A stretch of DNA of 63,615 nucleotides, the filler included, from Hyphochytrium catenoides (taxonomy: Eukaryota; Protista; Hyphochytriomycota), in the NCBI GenBank assembly GCA_900088475.1. It is 8 parts of 8 records of this genome, joined end to end, with 100 filler letters (N's around TTAATTAATTAA, not from the genome) between each part and the next. Parts side by side here need not be neighbours in the genome. Positions count along the whole stretch, not along the records: positions 12,504 to 37,474 come from FLMG01003100.1; positions 37,575 to 40,781 come from FLMG01003253.1; 6 more parts are not named here. One strand, written 5' to 3'. The notes beneath the pieces were generated by a model. That model was not told the origin of the DNA. It saw only the letters and a program-made list of their open reading frames with translations, and made no database searches. Positions 24,821 to 38,310 of this stretch are shown piece after piece. Position 1 is the stretch's first letter. The number at the start of each line of letters is the position of its first letter. The position numbers were made by a program, and so were the translations under genes.

Positions 24821-26637
24821 ATGGGTCAGTGCATTGGAAAGGCGAGCCTGCAGCCCGCCGCGCTCCCTTTTGCAGGCCGTAAGTACACCTAAAACCTTTC
24901 TCCTCTCTGCTATGCTCTGGCTGCCTTTTCCTTTTGGTCGTCCTCTCTTTCGTCCCTACACCATTAATGAGCTGTTGCTCCTTCTCCTCGCATCCAAGCC
25001 GCGTCCTAACAACCCCACTCGTTTCACCCCTAGTGTCCAAGGGAGATATGGATGGCATCTGGTCAGCGTTCAATAAGCTTGCTGACGGCTTTGGACTCTG
25101 CCCCGCAGAGCTCGAGGAGATCCTGACGGTCGGTCTAAAGGATAAACAGGAGAAAGCTGGCACCGTCGGAGCCGAGTCGCTAAAGCTCTTCGAACTCTAC
25201 GACACGGACAAGGTTTGGAGCTCCTTCGGTCATTCAGCGCTATAGTGCCCCTACTCCTTCCATCTCTGGCTTTCATTGCTTCGTCACCCTGCCTCCGTCC
25301 TGGGCTCTCACCCTTCGCTCTGGCTCGACAATCACTCTGTCGTCTTGCACTGGACCTCCTTTTGTCTGCTTCTCTCTCCCGAGGATATCTCCTCTCTATA
25401 ATGAGCCTTGCTAATGCTATGGAGCTGTGTACTTACACCGCTTGCCTGCCTTCGCTGCTCTGTTCTCACGCCTTTTCTCGTGCAGAATGAGCTGGTAGAT
25501 GCCTTTGAGGTCCTCGCTTCCATCGCTTGGATCTCAGAGATGACAATGGCAGAGAAGCTGCAAGGTGACACATCGCTAAAGCCCAACTCCCTCCTAATTC
25601 ACTCTCTCTCCTCTTTCTCTCTTGATTACAGGCTCTCTCTTGCTCTACCTGCCTACGTCTCAATTTCTTTTGTCTCTTTCTCTCTCTCCTTCTCTCTCTT
25701 TCTCTCTGGTGTGCTGTCGCGTTCTGCGCCCTCCTGCTGTTCCTATCGGTCTCTCTGCACCTAACTCTCTGTGCTCGATAGTGGCCTTCATGCTCTATGA
25801 TTTTGAGCAACAGCATCGTCTCACAACGGATGAGCTCCTGCTGTGTGCCAAGTCCACCGCTTCTGGGCTGTGCAAGATGATCGCTCAGAATCCGCCGAGA
25901 GAAGAGGCGATAGATCTTCTAATGCGCGATGTAATGTGCTCTGTCTTTGCCCTTCTCTCCTTGTGCTTCCCCTTCTCGTTTTGTCTCTCTGTCTCTCTCT
26001 CTAGTAAACCTACCTACGCACTTTGGTTGTTGCTTGCCTGCTTCTCTCTTCCTTCTCTCTCTCTCTTTCTCTCTTTCTCTCTCTCTCCCTCTCTCTTTGC
26101 TTCCTTCTGTTCTTGCTGATCCCTTGGAAGTCTCCCCGTACAACTCTCAGAGCCTAATAATCTGTTCTCTCCTGCTGCTGTTAGGCGTTCAGGCTCAGCA
26201 ATAACACTCGAGAGGTCATTTCCTTCTCTGAGCTGGTGGCTCTGGCTCTCAACTCCGCTGAGATTGTTTCCTGGCTTCTCTTCTTCGATCCTTCCCAAGA
26301 GCTTCCGCTGCGCTCTGTCATCAGCACGGTAAGAAGACTGACATCAGATAAAAAGAAGAATTGAAGGAGAGGGGAGGGGACGCATAAGAAGAGAGAGAAA
26401 GAGAGAGAAGAGAAATAATATTAGAAAGGGGGACAGCCACCGAGAGATATGAAGAGGAGGCTGGGGGAGAGCGGCCGGGAGGCACGCACTTATGAATTAA
26501 CAAGTGCCAAAGGTCGTGAGAAGCAAAGTATATATGCTTTTTGTTCCTCTTTCCTTGTCTCTCTCTCTGTCTCCTTCCTTTCTCTCTCTCTCTGTCTCTC
26601 TCTCTCTCTTCTCTCTCGTTCCTCATTCTCTTCCTCC

Positions 26638-26674
<37 letters not shown>

Positions 26675-27739
26675 CTATCAGGGACATATGGAAGATGAGG
26701 GTGGGAGCTTTAGAGAGTTCCTACTGGGCAGCGACGGTCCTCAGGGAACTGGCCATGCAGCTACTTTGAAGCTTGACGGCCCAGCGCCTTGGCGACATAT
26801 CGTGGACGTGCTCAATCCCGAACAGGGAAATAGCAAGAGAGTACCAAGGTCTCTCTTTCTCTATCTCTCTCCCTTCTCCGTTCTTCCTCTCTGAATTTTT
26901 TCTCTTACATCCTCCTTTTCTTCCCCTGTTTCTTTCACTCCCTTCCACACATCTTCCTTTTAGAGTTCTTTCTTGGAGGACGTCCTTCTTCTCACCTCTC
27001 TCTCTCTCTCTCTCTCTNNNNNNNNNNNNNNNNNNNNNNNNNNNNNNNNNNNCTCTCTCTCTCTCTGTCTCTCTCTCTCTCTTTCGGTTTCTCTCTCTTT
27101 CTTTTCTCTCTTTCTTCTCATTTCTCTCTCTCCCACGCTGTCATTGTCTCTCTCTCTTCTCACTTTTGTCTCTCTCTTCCCTCTCTCTCTCCTTATCTGT
27201 TTCTCTCTCTCCCACTTTTTCACTCCCTCTCTCTTTCGCCTCTTAGAGCTGTGCAGGGCAGTCTCTCGCTTTCTCATGTCTTCGGCATCTCGCGCAAGGT
27301 CCAAGGCAATCTCTTCTTCTCTGTCTCTGGTGAGGCGGTCTATTGCGTGGGCTGCCACATCGTTTCTCTTGGTGTCCTCGATAAGAGACAGAGAATCCTT
27401 TCCTCTCACAAGCAGGGAATCAGCGCCATCGCCTGGCAACTTGTCTCGGTAAGCGCCACTAACGAAGGGGCGGAGAGAAAGAGGAACAGAGAAGGACAGA
27501 AGAGAGAGAAAGAGAGAGCGGGTGAGAGAGAGAAAGAGACAGAGAAAGAAAGCAGACAGAGATTGAGAGAGATGAAATCAGTTAAGTCGAGAGGCAGGGC
27601 GAATGTTCGCAGAAGAAGATGTTTCTCTGATCTTCTGACGCTCTCTTTCCCCTCTATCTATGTCTCTCCGCCCTCTCTCTGTTTCTTTCTCTCCGTTATC
27701 TCCCGCTCCCTCTCTCCCTCCTTCTCTCTCTCTTTCGCT

Positions 27740-27770
<31 letters not shown>

Positions 27771-29205
27771 CCCTGTTCTTCTCAGGGAGTGACAACGGTA
27801 GCTTCAGCAGAGGGTGGCCGGAACCCGGACGTGATTATCTGGGACGTAGAGCGAGCTGCTGTCAAGAGAATGATCAGGTGATTTTTTTCCAGACTTCTCC
27901 TTCGGTCTTTCCTAGAGTTTCTCTTTCCTTCCTCGTGCGCAACTCTCTTCCTCTAGTTCTCCTTTAGCCTGTTCGCGATTTGCTTATCGTTTTCTCTTTT
28001 CTCTCTCTATGTCTCTCTCCTCCATGCGGGCATATTCTTCTCAAGGCCTGAGTTCCACCAGGGCGGAGTAGATCGTGTCTCTCTCTCTCCCGATGGGTCT
28101 CTTCTTCTCTTGGTGACCCACAGGCGCAGCCTCCTGCAGCTCTCCGTGTACGACCTGGCCAGCGGAAGGCTGAAGCAGGCTCATTCCTGCAGTACGAACC
28201 GGATGGTACAGTCAGCTCTCTCTCTCTCTCTGTCTCTCTCTCTTTCTTTCTTTCTCTCTCTCCCCCTCCCTCTCTCTGTCTCTCTCTCTCTCCCCCCTCT
28301 CTCTGTCTCTCTCTCTCTCATTCTTTCTCTCTCTCTCTTTGGACCGTCTGTCTCTGTCTTCAGACTCTTTCTGTCTCTCTGTCTTAACTCTATTCTCAAC
28401 GGTCCTCTGCTTTCACCTCTAATCTCGTCTCTCTCTACTTTTCAGGTTTGATCTTCCTTTCGTCTCTCTCTTTCTTCTTAGCATCTCCCGACCGTCCGCT
28501 GCTGTCGTTTCTCTTCCCTCTTTCTTGCTCATTTATCTTGCAATTGCTCTCACTCTTTCTCTCTCACTCTCCCGTCCCCGACCCCTCCCTTCTCTCTCTC
28601 TCTACCAACCACACCCTCTCTCTCTCTCTNNNNNNNNNNNNNNNNNNNNNNNNNNNNNNNNNNNNNNNNNNNNNNNNNNNNNNNNNNNNTCTCTCTCTCT
28701 CTCTCTCTCTCTTTCGCTCTCTCTCCCTCCTCCTTTCTCCCACTTATCCGCCATACTTTGTCCCCAGTTTACAATGAATGACTGCTGCTTCGTTGGGAAT
28801 CATACGATAGCGCTCTGCGGGAGAAAGACACTTCTTCTGTTTCTCTTTTCTCTCTCTTCTGATTCCTCTCCTGGCTCTGTCTCTCCTCATGTGGAGCTCC
28901 TTCCAGCCGTTTTGGACCTTGATAAACAGCCCAAAGCCTTGAACTTCCTCTGTTTGCACGGCCTCACTGAGGAGATGCTGGCCGTGGGGTCAGAGGCTGG
29001 GGAGCTGCGGCTCTATGAGGAGAGGACATGCATAAAGGCTATCAAGGCCCATCAGGTAGGAGCAAAGCAGAGTGGAAAGGAAGAGGATCATATTAGATTG
29101 GAAGATTTGCAGTGAGAGGAAGAGGCAAGGAGAGAGAGACAAAGAGCTCCGAGAGCTATGATCTGGACAAGAACAGAGAGAGGATGGTGGGAAGGACAGA
29201 GGAGA

Positions 29206-29244
<39 letters not shown>

Positions 29245-32200
29245 AATAGGGAAGCAGGGGCTATCTCTTTTTCTTTCCATTCCGCTTCTTTGTTGGCCCA
29301 TCCAACAAATCGTTCTCTCATAACTGCATCTCTCTCCTCTTCTTTTCCCTCCGTCTCTCTCTCTTTCTCCACCTCCGTCCCACAGGGCTCAGTCAACGCT
29401 CTTCAGCTCATAATCGGAGAGGGAGATGAGCGCTCCCTCGCTTCTGCAGGCTCTGACGGCTGCATTTATCTCTGGACGCTCTCTCTGGAGCTCAAGCGGA
29501 AGTTAGACCTCCAACACCGTGGGCTCGGTCTCTCCTCTCCTAACATTCTCAACTTCTGCTGGTCGGCTCCGTCTCAGCGGCTGCTGATCCAGACAGAGCA
29601 CTGTGACGTGCACTGTCTCTCCACCGTCCAAGAGATCAACAGCGCGGGAGAAGGAGAGAAAGAAGGGAAACAAGGAAGAAGAAAGACAAGCTCTTCATCT
29701 TCTTCAACCTCTCTCCTGATGGCCGGACACTTCCTCGGTAAGGTGACAGCCGTTGACTTTAGCCCTCAAGGGAAGGAGTTCTGCTCCGTAGGGGAAGATG
29801 GGATGCTTCGCCTCTGGAGCACCGAGACTCTCTCTCCCTGCGGTGCTCTCCGCCTTGGTGGCGCTCTCTCCTGCTGTTCTTACAGTCCGTCTGGCTCTCT
29901 CATTGCGGTGGGCTTTGGCGCCTTGGATGCGACAGAAGAGCAACTTCTGAAGCAGCTGAAGAATGGAAGCTACGCTGTCATTGACAGTGAGACACTCGAT
30001 ATCGTGCATGAGATAAAAGATTCCAAGGTAGCCATCACGGCCCTGCGCTTTGATCCTCTAGAGCGTGGCCTTGTCGTTGGCTCTTGTGACTCACAGCTCT
30101 ATTTCTATGACACGGCAGACTGGAGCCCCACGGGAAAGGCAAAGGGCAGTGGAAGCGCGGTCTCTGCGATGGACTTCTCAGTGGATGCGAAGTTTCTCCG
30201 AGTGGCAAGCGCAGGAGGTGATCTCAGCTTCTGGTTGAGCCCCACAGGCGCACAGGTCTCTAATCTGCAGCAGGTGCGGGATGTCGTGTGGATGACAGAG
30301 ACCTGTACATTTGGCTGGGCGACGCAGGGTCTGCACTATTCTGGGACTTCTGCAGATCCATCTGGAGAATCTGCATTGTCTTCATCATCGTCATATTCCT
30401 TGCACCTTCTACCACCCACAAAGGTGATGAGATCGAAGTCTGGACAGACGCTTCTGTACGGAGACTCTGCAGGAAGAGTGGCGCTTGTCGAGTATCCGTG
30501 TACGAGCCGGTCAGGTCTGGAGTTCAGAGCGTTCAAAGGCCATAGAAGCGCAGTATCCGGTGTGTCCATGTCTCTCGATGACCGGCTCGTTGTGTCTTCA
30601 GAACTGGTGGGAGATTGTATCCTTCTCTGGCGGCACACAGAGCATTTCTTCCCTCGGTCCTCCACGGCGTTGAAGCTTGTCCAGCCTCGAGGGGCTCCTG
30701 TCAGCAATGGCGCCGTGGCGCGCGGAGAAGGCAGTAGCAAGAGTCTTAAAGTCCATGACGATCTAGACAGAGATGATGATCTCTTCAACCCACTCGATTG
30801 GGTCCGTTCCCCGATCCAGGAGGCTGTGCACCAGTATGGCAGCGTCCAGTCCCTGCCTTTGGTCGGGCTCTCGTCTAAGAAGAAGATAGGAGAAGGTACC
30901 GCCCCTGCTTTATCCTCCTCCTCGGGAGGAAAGAGCGGTGAAGAGGCTCCTCTGCCCTCCTCTTCCTTGCCCTCGTCTTCCGGAGAGCTTGCCGGCGGAG
31001 TGGACAGCTCTTCTCTGTCTTCCGCTGCTGCAATGGAGTCTTTGTCGAGTCCCACCGTCGAATGGATCTACGGCTTCAATGCCCGTCTGAGGGCCGCGCT
31101 GCATTACCTGCCGGACGGGCGCCTGGTTTACCCTGCAGGCAAGGCAGTCATCATTCTGGACAAACAGCAGTGGAGACAGAAGCATGTCCAGGTATCCTCT
31201 GCCTTCCTTCTCATCGATCTCCCCTGCCTTCCAGCCACGCCAACTCCCGCTGTCACTGATACTCTTCTTGCTTCCTTCCCAAGGTCTTTGCCCTTCTACG
31301 GCTGATTCTTTACGTTAAGATGAACAGCTTGTCTCATAATGGACTCTCTGCCTTCTCTCTCGCGCATCTGACCCTCGCTCATCTCCTTCTCTCGTCTCTT
31401 TTTCCTCCTCCCTCCTGCGCCAGCATCACACGGACGAAGTGAGCTGCCTGGCGCTTGGCTCACAAGGCACCATCGCAGCCTCGGGACAGGTCGGACTGCA
31501 CCCTCGCGTCACTGTGTGGTGCCCTCTCTCTCGCTGTCTCCTCTACGCCTCGCCGCTCTCTCTTCACAGCAAAGCTGTTCTCCTTCTCTGCATCTCTCAG
31601 GACGAGCAACTTGTTGCCTCCATAGGCGGAGACTCGGCGGAGGGCTACTCTTTGGCCATTCATGACTGGCGCAACCACCGTGTCGTGGCTCATTCTTCTC
31701 TAAGGAAGGACAGACCGCTAGATATTAAGTTCTTCCCGGCCTCTGCTTCATCCTTGGTCCTCTCTGGTGTGGGCTTTGTGAGCCGCCTAGACATCCAAGG
31801 GCAGAACATTGTGGATTCTCCCTTTGACTTCTCAGCGGCAGCTCCAGACCCCGCGAATGGAAGCAGCAATAGTCTTCAGAAGCAGACGTCTGGAAACTCA
31901 TCTGGAAAGGGCTCGTCATCGGGTGGATCGAGTGCCTCCTCCGTCCAAGGCATCCCGCAAGATATCACCTTCACGTGCGTCGCTTTCTTTGGCCTAAACA
32001 ACGTGCTGGCTGGCACTTTGGACGGTGACGTCTTTCTCTTTGCAAACACCACGTTCGTCAGAAAAGTCTCTCTCCACCGCAGCGCCATCTCCGTTATCTC
32101 TGTTTATCTCCCTTCTGCCTCTTCAGGAGGGATTGGCGCTGAGAAGTTGCTGACAGCAGCGAGAGACGGCAAGATCAAAGCTTGGTCCAGGAGCTTCGAA

Positions 32201-33056
32201 CCTCTTCTAGACGTTGACATGACTGTCTATGGCGCCGTCAATCCCGCTGTCCGGAGTCTTTCTCTGAGTTCTGACGGCGTAACAATGGCTGTGGGGACGC
32301 TGGGCGGCGATATCTACGAGCTTTCTGGCATGAATGGAGTCAATCTGAATGACCAGCGGCCCCTGCTGAGGACGCACCCGGGAGGGACAGAGGCCTGGGG
32401 TTTGGCGGTGCACCCTTCTGATCTCGTCTGCGTGACGACGGGAGATGACAAGACATTGCGTATGTGGGACCTCGTGGACCATCGACTGAAGCGCTTCAGG
32501 CACTTGGAGGCGCCCTCCCGTGCCTGTGCCTACTCGCCTAACGCTCTCGTGATCGTTGTTGGGCTGGGGAACGGCAGCAAGGAGCCGAGCAGCTATAAGT
32601 TTGAAGGCAAGTTCGTGGTGCTGCAGGAGAGCCAGCTCAAGGTTGTCTTCGAGGCCAAGGATGCCAAGTCGTGGATCTCAGAGATCCGGTTCTCTCCTAA
32701 CGGTCACATGTTGGCGGTGGGCTCGGAGGACAAGATGATCTATCTCTATAACGCTGTGGAGGGCTATACACTGCAGGGCACCATCCTCCAGCACTCGCAG
32801 CCCATCAGGGCGATAGATTTCTCTGCGGACTCCCAGTACATGCAGGTGAGAGGGCAGTGGAAGACGGAGAGGGAAGAGAGAAGGAGAGGAAGAGAGGGAG
32901 ACAAGGGGAGAAGGTTTATGAGGCAGAGAAAGAGGGACCCGCTGGACTTTCCACAATGCCCCACTTGCTGGCATTCCCTTCCGTTCCTGTTCTCTCTCTC
33001 CTAACTTGCCTTCCTCCTAGGAGGTTAGCATGACCATTCCTCTAGTGCCTCTCACT

Positions 33057-33134
<78 letters not shown>

Positions 33135-36100
33135 CCTCCTCTCTCTCTTGCTCTCTCTCTATATATAGATTTATATATACAGTTAGTCCCGCCTCGATCC
33201 TTCTTGCCTATTCCATCGGCAACAACCTAACACGTCTCTCTCATCACTGTCTCCCCCGATCGTCTCTAACGCTACGGTTTTTCTCTCTCCTGTCTGTCCG
33301 CTCTTCCCTTCCGCGGACCCACGCAACGGCGGCTCCAGACTTCTTCTGGTGCCGATCCCATCTACTCTATGGCTGCCAACGGCAAGCACGTTCCTCTGTC
33401 CACTCCGCAGTTCCGCCCTCGCGAGCTCCAGTGGGACACCTTCACTGTTCCCAACGCCTGGGCGTCCAAAGGCGTGAGTCAGAGCTTCAGCGAAGAAGAA
33501 AGCTCCGTCACCTCTCTCGACAGAGCAAGTCAAAATCTGTGTCTTGTCTGCGGAGACATCTTTGGAAGGCTGAAGCTCTTCAAGTTCCCGGCGCCAGAGG
33601 GACAGATCACTGCGGAGACGCAGCTGCATCCTCATTCCGGGCCCGTGGGAAGAGTGAGGTTTACCTGTGCAGATGTCTGTCTTCTCTCTTTGGGGAGGCA
33701 GGAAGGTAACCTTATCCAGTGGAAGTATGAGGGAGAGACATGGACCAGGAGCAGTAAAATTCTCTCGCTCTCCACTGCTGGACAGACGATCGATGACCCG
33801 GCAGACCTTCCTTCTCCCACCTCTGCAGGAGCAAGAGTGAGCGCGTTGGAAGGCAGTAACAATGCGGAGAAGAAGAAAGATGTTGTCGCTCTCCCACCCT
33901 CTCCTCCTCACCTCTTTCTCTTAGACCACTGCCATAGGCGCAGGCAGGAGCTGCATGACTGCCTCGGCCCGTCTCGGCCCATCCCGAGGCCAAAGCTGGG
34001 ACACTTCGTAGCGCCCTCAGCCATTCCGCAGCGAGACGTCTCGTGGAAACCAGACCTAGAGATTGGCTTTGTCTTTGGCTGCTCTGTGTTCCCAAGCACT
34101 CCTTGCTCGTACAACGCTGATGGAAATCTAGTCTATGCCGCTGGATCCTTAGGCATCGTTCTCAACGTCACAGACGCGACCCAGAGAGTCTACCGGCGGC
34201 ATCAGCAGCGCAACGCACTCATCACGGCGCTTACCGTCTCCAAAGACGGACGCTACGCCGTTTCTGCTGATCTTCTGTCTCAGGCGGAGGTTCACGTCTG
34301 GAGCGCCACTTCTGCAGCTCCACTGACGATTCTCCGTTGTGCGCCGCCCAATAACAGTCTGGCAGAAGGGAACAGCATTGCTTTCTCGGGATTCAAGCTC
34401 CTCGACATCTCAGCCGATAACTCAGTGATTGCCGCTNNNNNNNNNNNNNNNNNNNNNNNNNNNNNNNNNNNNNNNNNNNNNTTCAGACTGCTCTTGGACG
34501 TCGTTCTCCTTTCTCGGCCGTCAAAAGCTGTCTTCTGAGTCGGTGCAAGTGCTTCACATTATCAACAAGTCGAGTTCAAAGTACCGAATTATGACGACAG
34601 GCGCCGCAGGGGCCGCAGAGCTCACCTACTGGTCTCTGGCCGAGGGAGACAGCCATTCTCTTGTCCCTTGGAGAGCCATCTTCTCATCCGAGCAAAGTGC
34701 AGGCAGTGCTGCCTCGGTGCCGATGGTTAGCGCTGACTCTAACGCAAAGTACACGGTGACAGGCGCTGTAAGCGGTGATATCTACCTCTGGGAAAATAGA
34801 GAGTGCTCTCGGGTCATCAGGGCACACGAGGTGGGCACTCCTGTCTCATCGCTTTCTTTCGCTCCCAACGGACAGCTCCTGACGGCTGGAGGAGCTCAGG
34901 TCCGCCTCTGGAGCTCTCGGCTGGAGCTTCTGCAGGCTTATGACATCCGCGAGAGAGAGGGAGACAGAGGAGGCGCCGGAGGAAAGGAAGGCCATAATTT
35001 GCATGAGGAAGTCTCTCAACCGCATTGGAACCACGTCGTCTCCGTCCGAGGCCTCTCCTCTTCTGTCTCTCCAGAGGTGATGAAGATCTCTGTGCTCACT
35101 GAGAAGGGCTCTCTCTTAGAGATTAGCCGCTATGGAGACGTTCTGTCCGTTTCTGAGGGCTTTGGGCCTGGCGCGCTCTGTGTGGAGCCACACCCGGTAG
35201 AGAGAGAGAAGGTAGCTCTGGGCGGGAGAGACGGTTCCTTGGTTCTATGGGACATGGAGAACAGGAGAGCGATACGGAAGGTTAACATTAGAGGAGCAGT
35301 GCGATCGTTAGCTTGGTCTCCAGACGGTGATCGGCTGGTGGCGGGTATTGGGAAGGAATACACAGGGAAGAATTGCAAGAGAGTGGGAGGAGCGGTGAGT
35401 AAGCCCCTTTCCTCGCATCTCTCTAATCCGCCATCTTCTTCTCTCTCTCATCGTTGTCCTTAATTGTCCTCAGGTGGCAATCTCTCTCTCTCTCTCTCTC
35501 TCTCCGTCTCTCTTTCTTCCTCTCTCTCTCTTTTCTCTCTCTCTTTTCTCTCTCTCTTTTCTCTCTCTCTNNNNNNNNNNNNNNNNNNNNNNNNNNNNNN
35601 NNNNNNNNNNNNNNNNNNNNNNNNNNNNNNNNNNNNNNNTCCCTCCCTTTCTCTTTCTCTCCTTCTCTCTTGCTCTATTCCCACATTATAGTCTCTGTTA
35701 CGGTAGCAATCGTATCAACTTGACGGACCGCTCACAGCACCTCTTTTGCCCTTTCCATTCGCAGTTCGTGGTCCTGGATGGGCGCAGTCTCTCTCTCCTG
35801 CACGACGGCACAGATGCAAAGCAGAGCATCAAAGCGGCACGCTTTTCTCCAGACGGCTCTCTGCTGGCCCTCTGCTCCTCCGATCACGTGGTTTATCTCT
35901 ACAGCGCGAGGGACTGGACACTCTCCTGCAGCTGCGTTAAACACACAGACGGAGTTCTTTCCGTGGACTTCTCCTCTGACTCCGCATACATCCAAGCGAC
36001 CTCCGCCCAGCACGAGATGCTTTATTGTGAGGAACAACTGCTCTTTCTTCTCTCTCTCGGACTTGGCTTACTCTTTCCTCTTCACTCCTCCCGTGATCGC

Positions 36101-37070
36101 GTTAGCCGTAAGGCAAATTGAACCCGTCTTCTTCGCTCTCTCTTGCTCTGGGATTGTTAGCTGTACCCTCCCTTCCCTGTCTGACTAACGGAATCTCGCC
36201 CACTTTGCCGTCCCAGTCTCCTGCGTGGATGGAGCGCATGTAAACTCCGTCTCACAGTTCAAGGACACGGCTTGGAAGACATGGACGAGCACAACTGGCT
36301 GGCACGTGAAAGGTACGTGGTTCTTCTCTTGTTCTGTCCTTCCGTCATCCTCTCTTCGCCGATATAAGGGACCTCGCTCTGTCTCTGTCTCTGTCCCTGT
36401 GTCTCTCTCTCTGTCTCTCGCTTCTCTCTCTCTTTGTCTCCTGTTTCTCTCTTTCGCTCCTTCTTTACTTCTTCTCTCTCACCATCTATCTCTTCTTTTC
36501 TTCTTTTTCTCTTCTGCTGCCGCTCTCCCGTTCTTCTCTAGGCCTGTGGGCTGGCGAGCTGAAGGTAGCAGAAGAGGCTCTGTGCTTACAGCGGTCAAGG
36601 AACCTTCAGTTCCTAGCAGTGGGGCATGCGGGCGGGCTCTTGCAGCTCTGTCGGTATCCCCTTCCAGAGAAAGAGGTGAGAAAAGAAGGCACGACGAAGA
36701 GAGAGAGTGTGTGTCGAGACCTATACTGCGCCCTTCTTCCTCCTCCTCACCGTTTTGCTACTCAAGGGCTAATATTCTCTCTATCGTTGACCCATCTGCA
36801 GACTTCCTACTTATTCGCCAACCACCTACTAACACGTCTGATCTCAACTCCTCTCTCTCCCTTGGTTTTCTTTGTCTCCCTCCTCTTTTTCTCCCTGTCT
36901 CTCTCTTTCTCTCGTTCAATCCGTAGCCCACGTCCTCTTTCCACTTTCCTGCTCACTGTGGCCCTGTGGCGTCCACTAAGCTAAGCGCTGATGACCTGGT
37001 GCTCTACACTGCGGGCGAGCTCGACGAGACCGTCATCCAATGGGTTATCTTGGATAAACAGAGGACGTAG
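24821..37070 (+). CDS. EF-hand plus EML5/6-like (HELP/WD40 TAPE-domain) microtubule-associated protein; multi-exon
   Basis: Start MGQCIGKASLQPAALPFAG|LSKGDMDGIWSAFNKLADGFG; EF-hands LFELYDTDK|NELVDAFE and AFMLYDFEQQHRLTTDEL; HELP-like EWIYGFNA and IGFVFGCS; EML-type WD40 motifs (AMDFSVDAKFL, TFGWATQG, WGLAVHP, EIRFSPNG, SVDFSSDSAYIQ); ends ETVIQWVILDKQRT*. Confidence 0.9.
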
Positions 37071-38310
37071 AATGAACTGATGCCAATGCGCCACGAGAGA
37101 GGAAGACTGTTCCCTCTTCTTGCCCAGCCCAGCCCTCAACCCTCTTTCCTTCCCTTTGCCTAGCCTTCTCTCCGTTCTTGCACGTGACGGTGCCGTTTAC
37201 ATATAGAGCTAAGGGAGAGGGTTGAGATTGAGAGTCCAAGATAATAGATCTTGCCCCTCTTTATTTGCCTTTCTTTGATTGCACCTTCCTGCTTTCCTAT
37301 CTATCCATGGCAAACTATGCTAGAGCCTAACCCAATGGATAGGCCACTGCGGCGGCTCTAGCTAGTTAACTTCCGATCTGCCAGTGCCCGAGCGGAAGTT
37401 CTCCAGATATTCTCCCTCTCTCTTTGCCTTCTCCTCGCTGTACTAGCTCCTTAGTCGCTTCTCTCTACACTATCNNNNNNNNNNNNNNNNNNNNNNNNNN
37501 NNNNNNNNNNNNNNNNNNTTAATTAATTAANNNNNNNNNNNNNNNNNNNNNNNNNNNNNNNNNNNNNNNNNNNNACTAAGTGCTTCGCCCGCTTCGAGAA
37601 AATCTGGTAGTAGCTGGGCCTATTAACCTTCGCCCCTGCCGGCTTCTTCTCTGCTTGTGCTGTCGTGGACAGTCAGTTGTTACTAAGTAGCTGCTGCCCA
37701 TATTTGCTTCGTTCTCCCTTGCCTTCTTACTTGGTGTTGAGACAAGTGGCAGCCAGCAGCATCCTCTCCTACGTCGGCCTTGCACTCCCTCCCTGCGCCA
37801 ACCTCGCCCCAACAGCAGGGAGCCGCGGCAATAAGGAGGACTCAGTGGTGTCGTTTGTTTCTGACCGCCGCAGTCGTGCCACAACTTCTTGCAGACCCAG
37901 ACTCCAATTAAGCAGCGAAGACGACTACAAGGAGGACCAGCTACTGCATCTTTCTCTATCTCCCATCCTTTTACTTTCTCCTTTCAATCTATCATAGTGG
38001 ATGATAATCCTCCACTACTGGGGCTGCTCCGTTTGTGATCACGATCGGTTGAAAGCTCATTATCCCCTTCCAGCAACGAATTCTTTCTCAGACAACAACA
38101 AGATCCAGCCCAGACGTCAGTCTTTCTGCTACTGCCGGTCCATCTCATTCAACATTTCAGTCCTGATAACCAACTCAGGAGAAAGGGCGTACCGTCCTTT
38201 GTCCCGTGTTGTTGTCTGAACCATCTTTCAGACCTTCCCGTCTCTGCTTGCCAGAGTTGATAGCACCCAGACTACTCGAGGCTTATCAGTACCAGGCTGA
38301 TGCCAGCACG

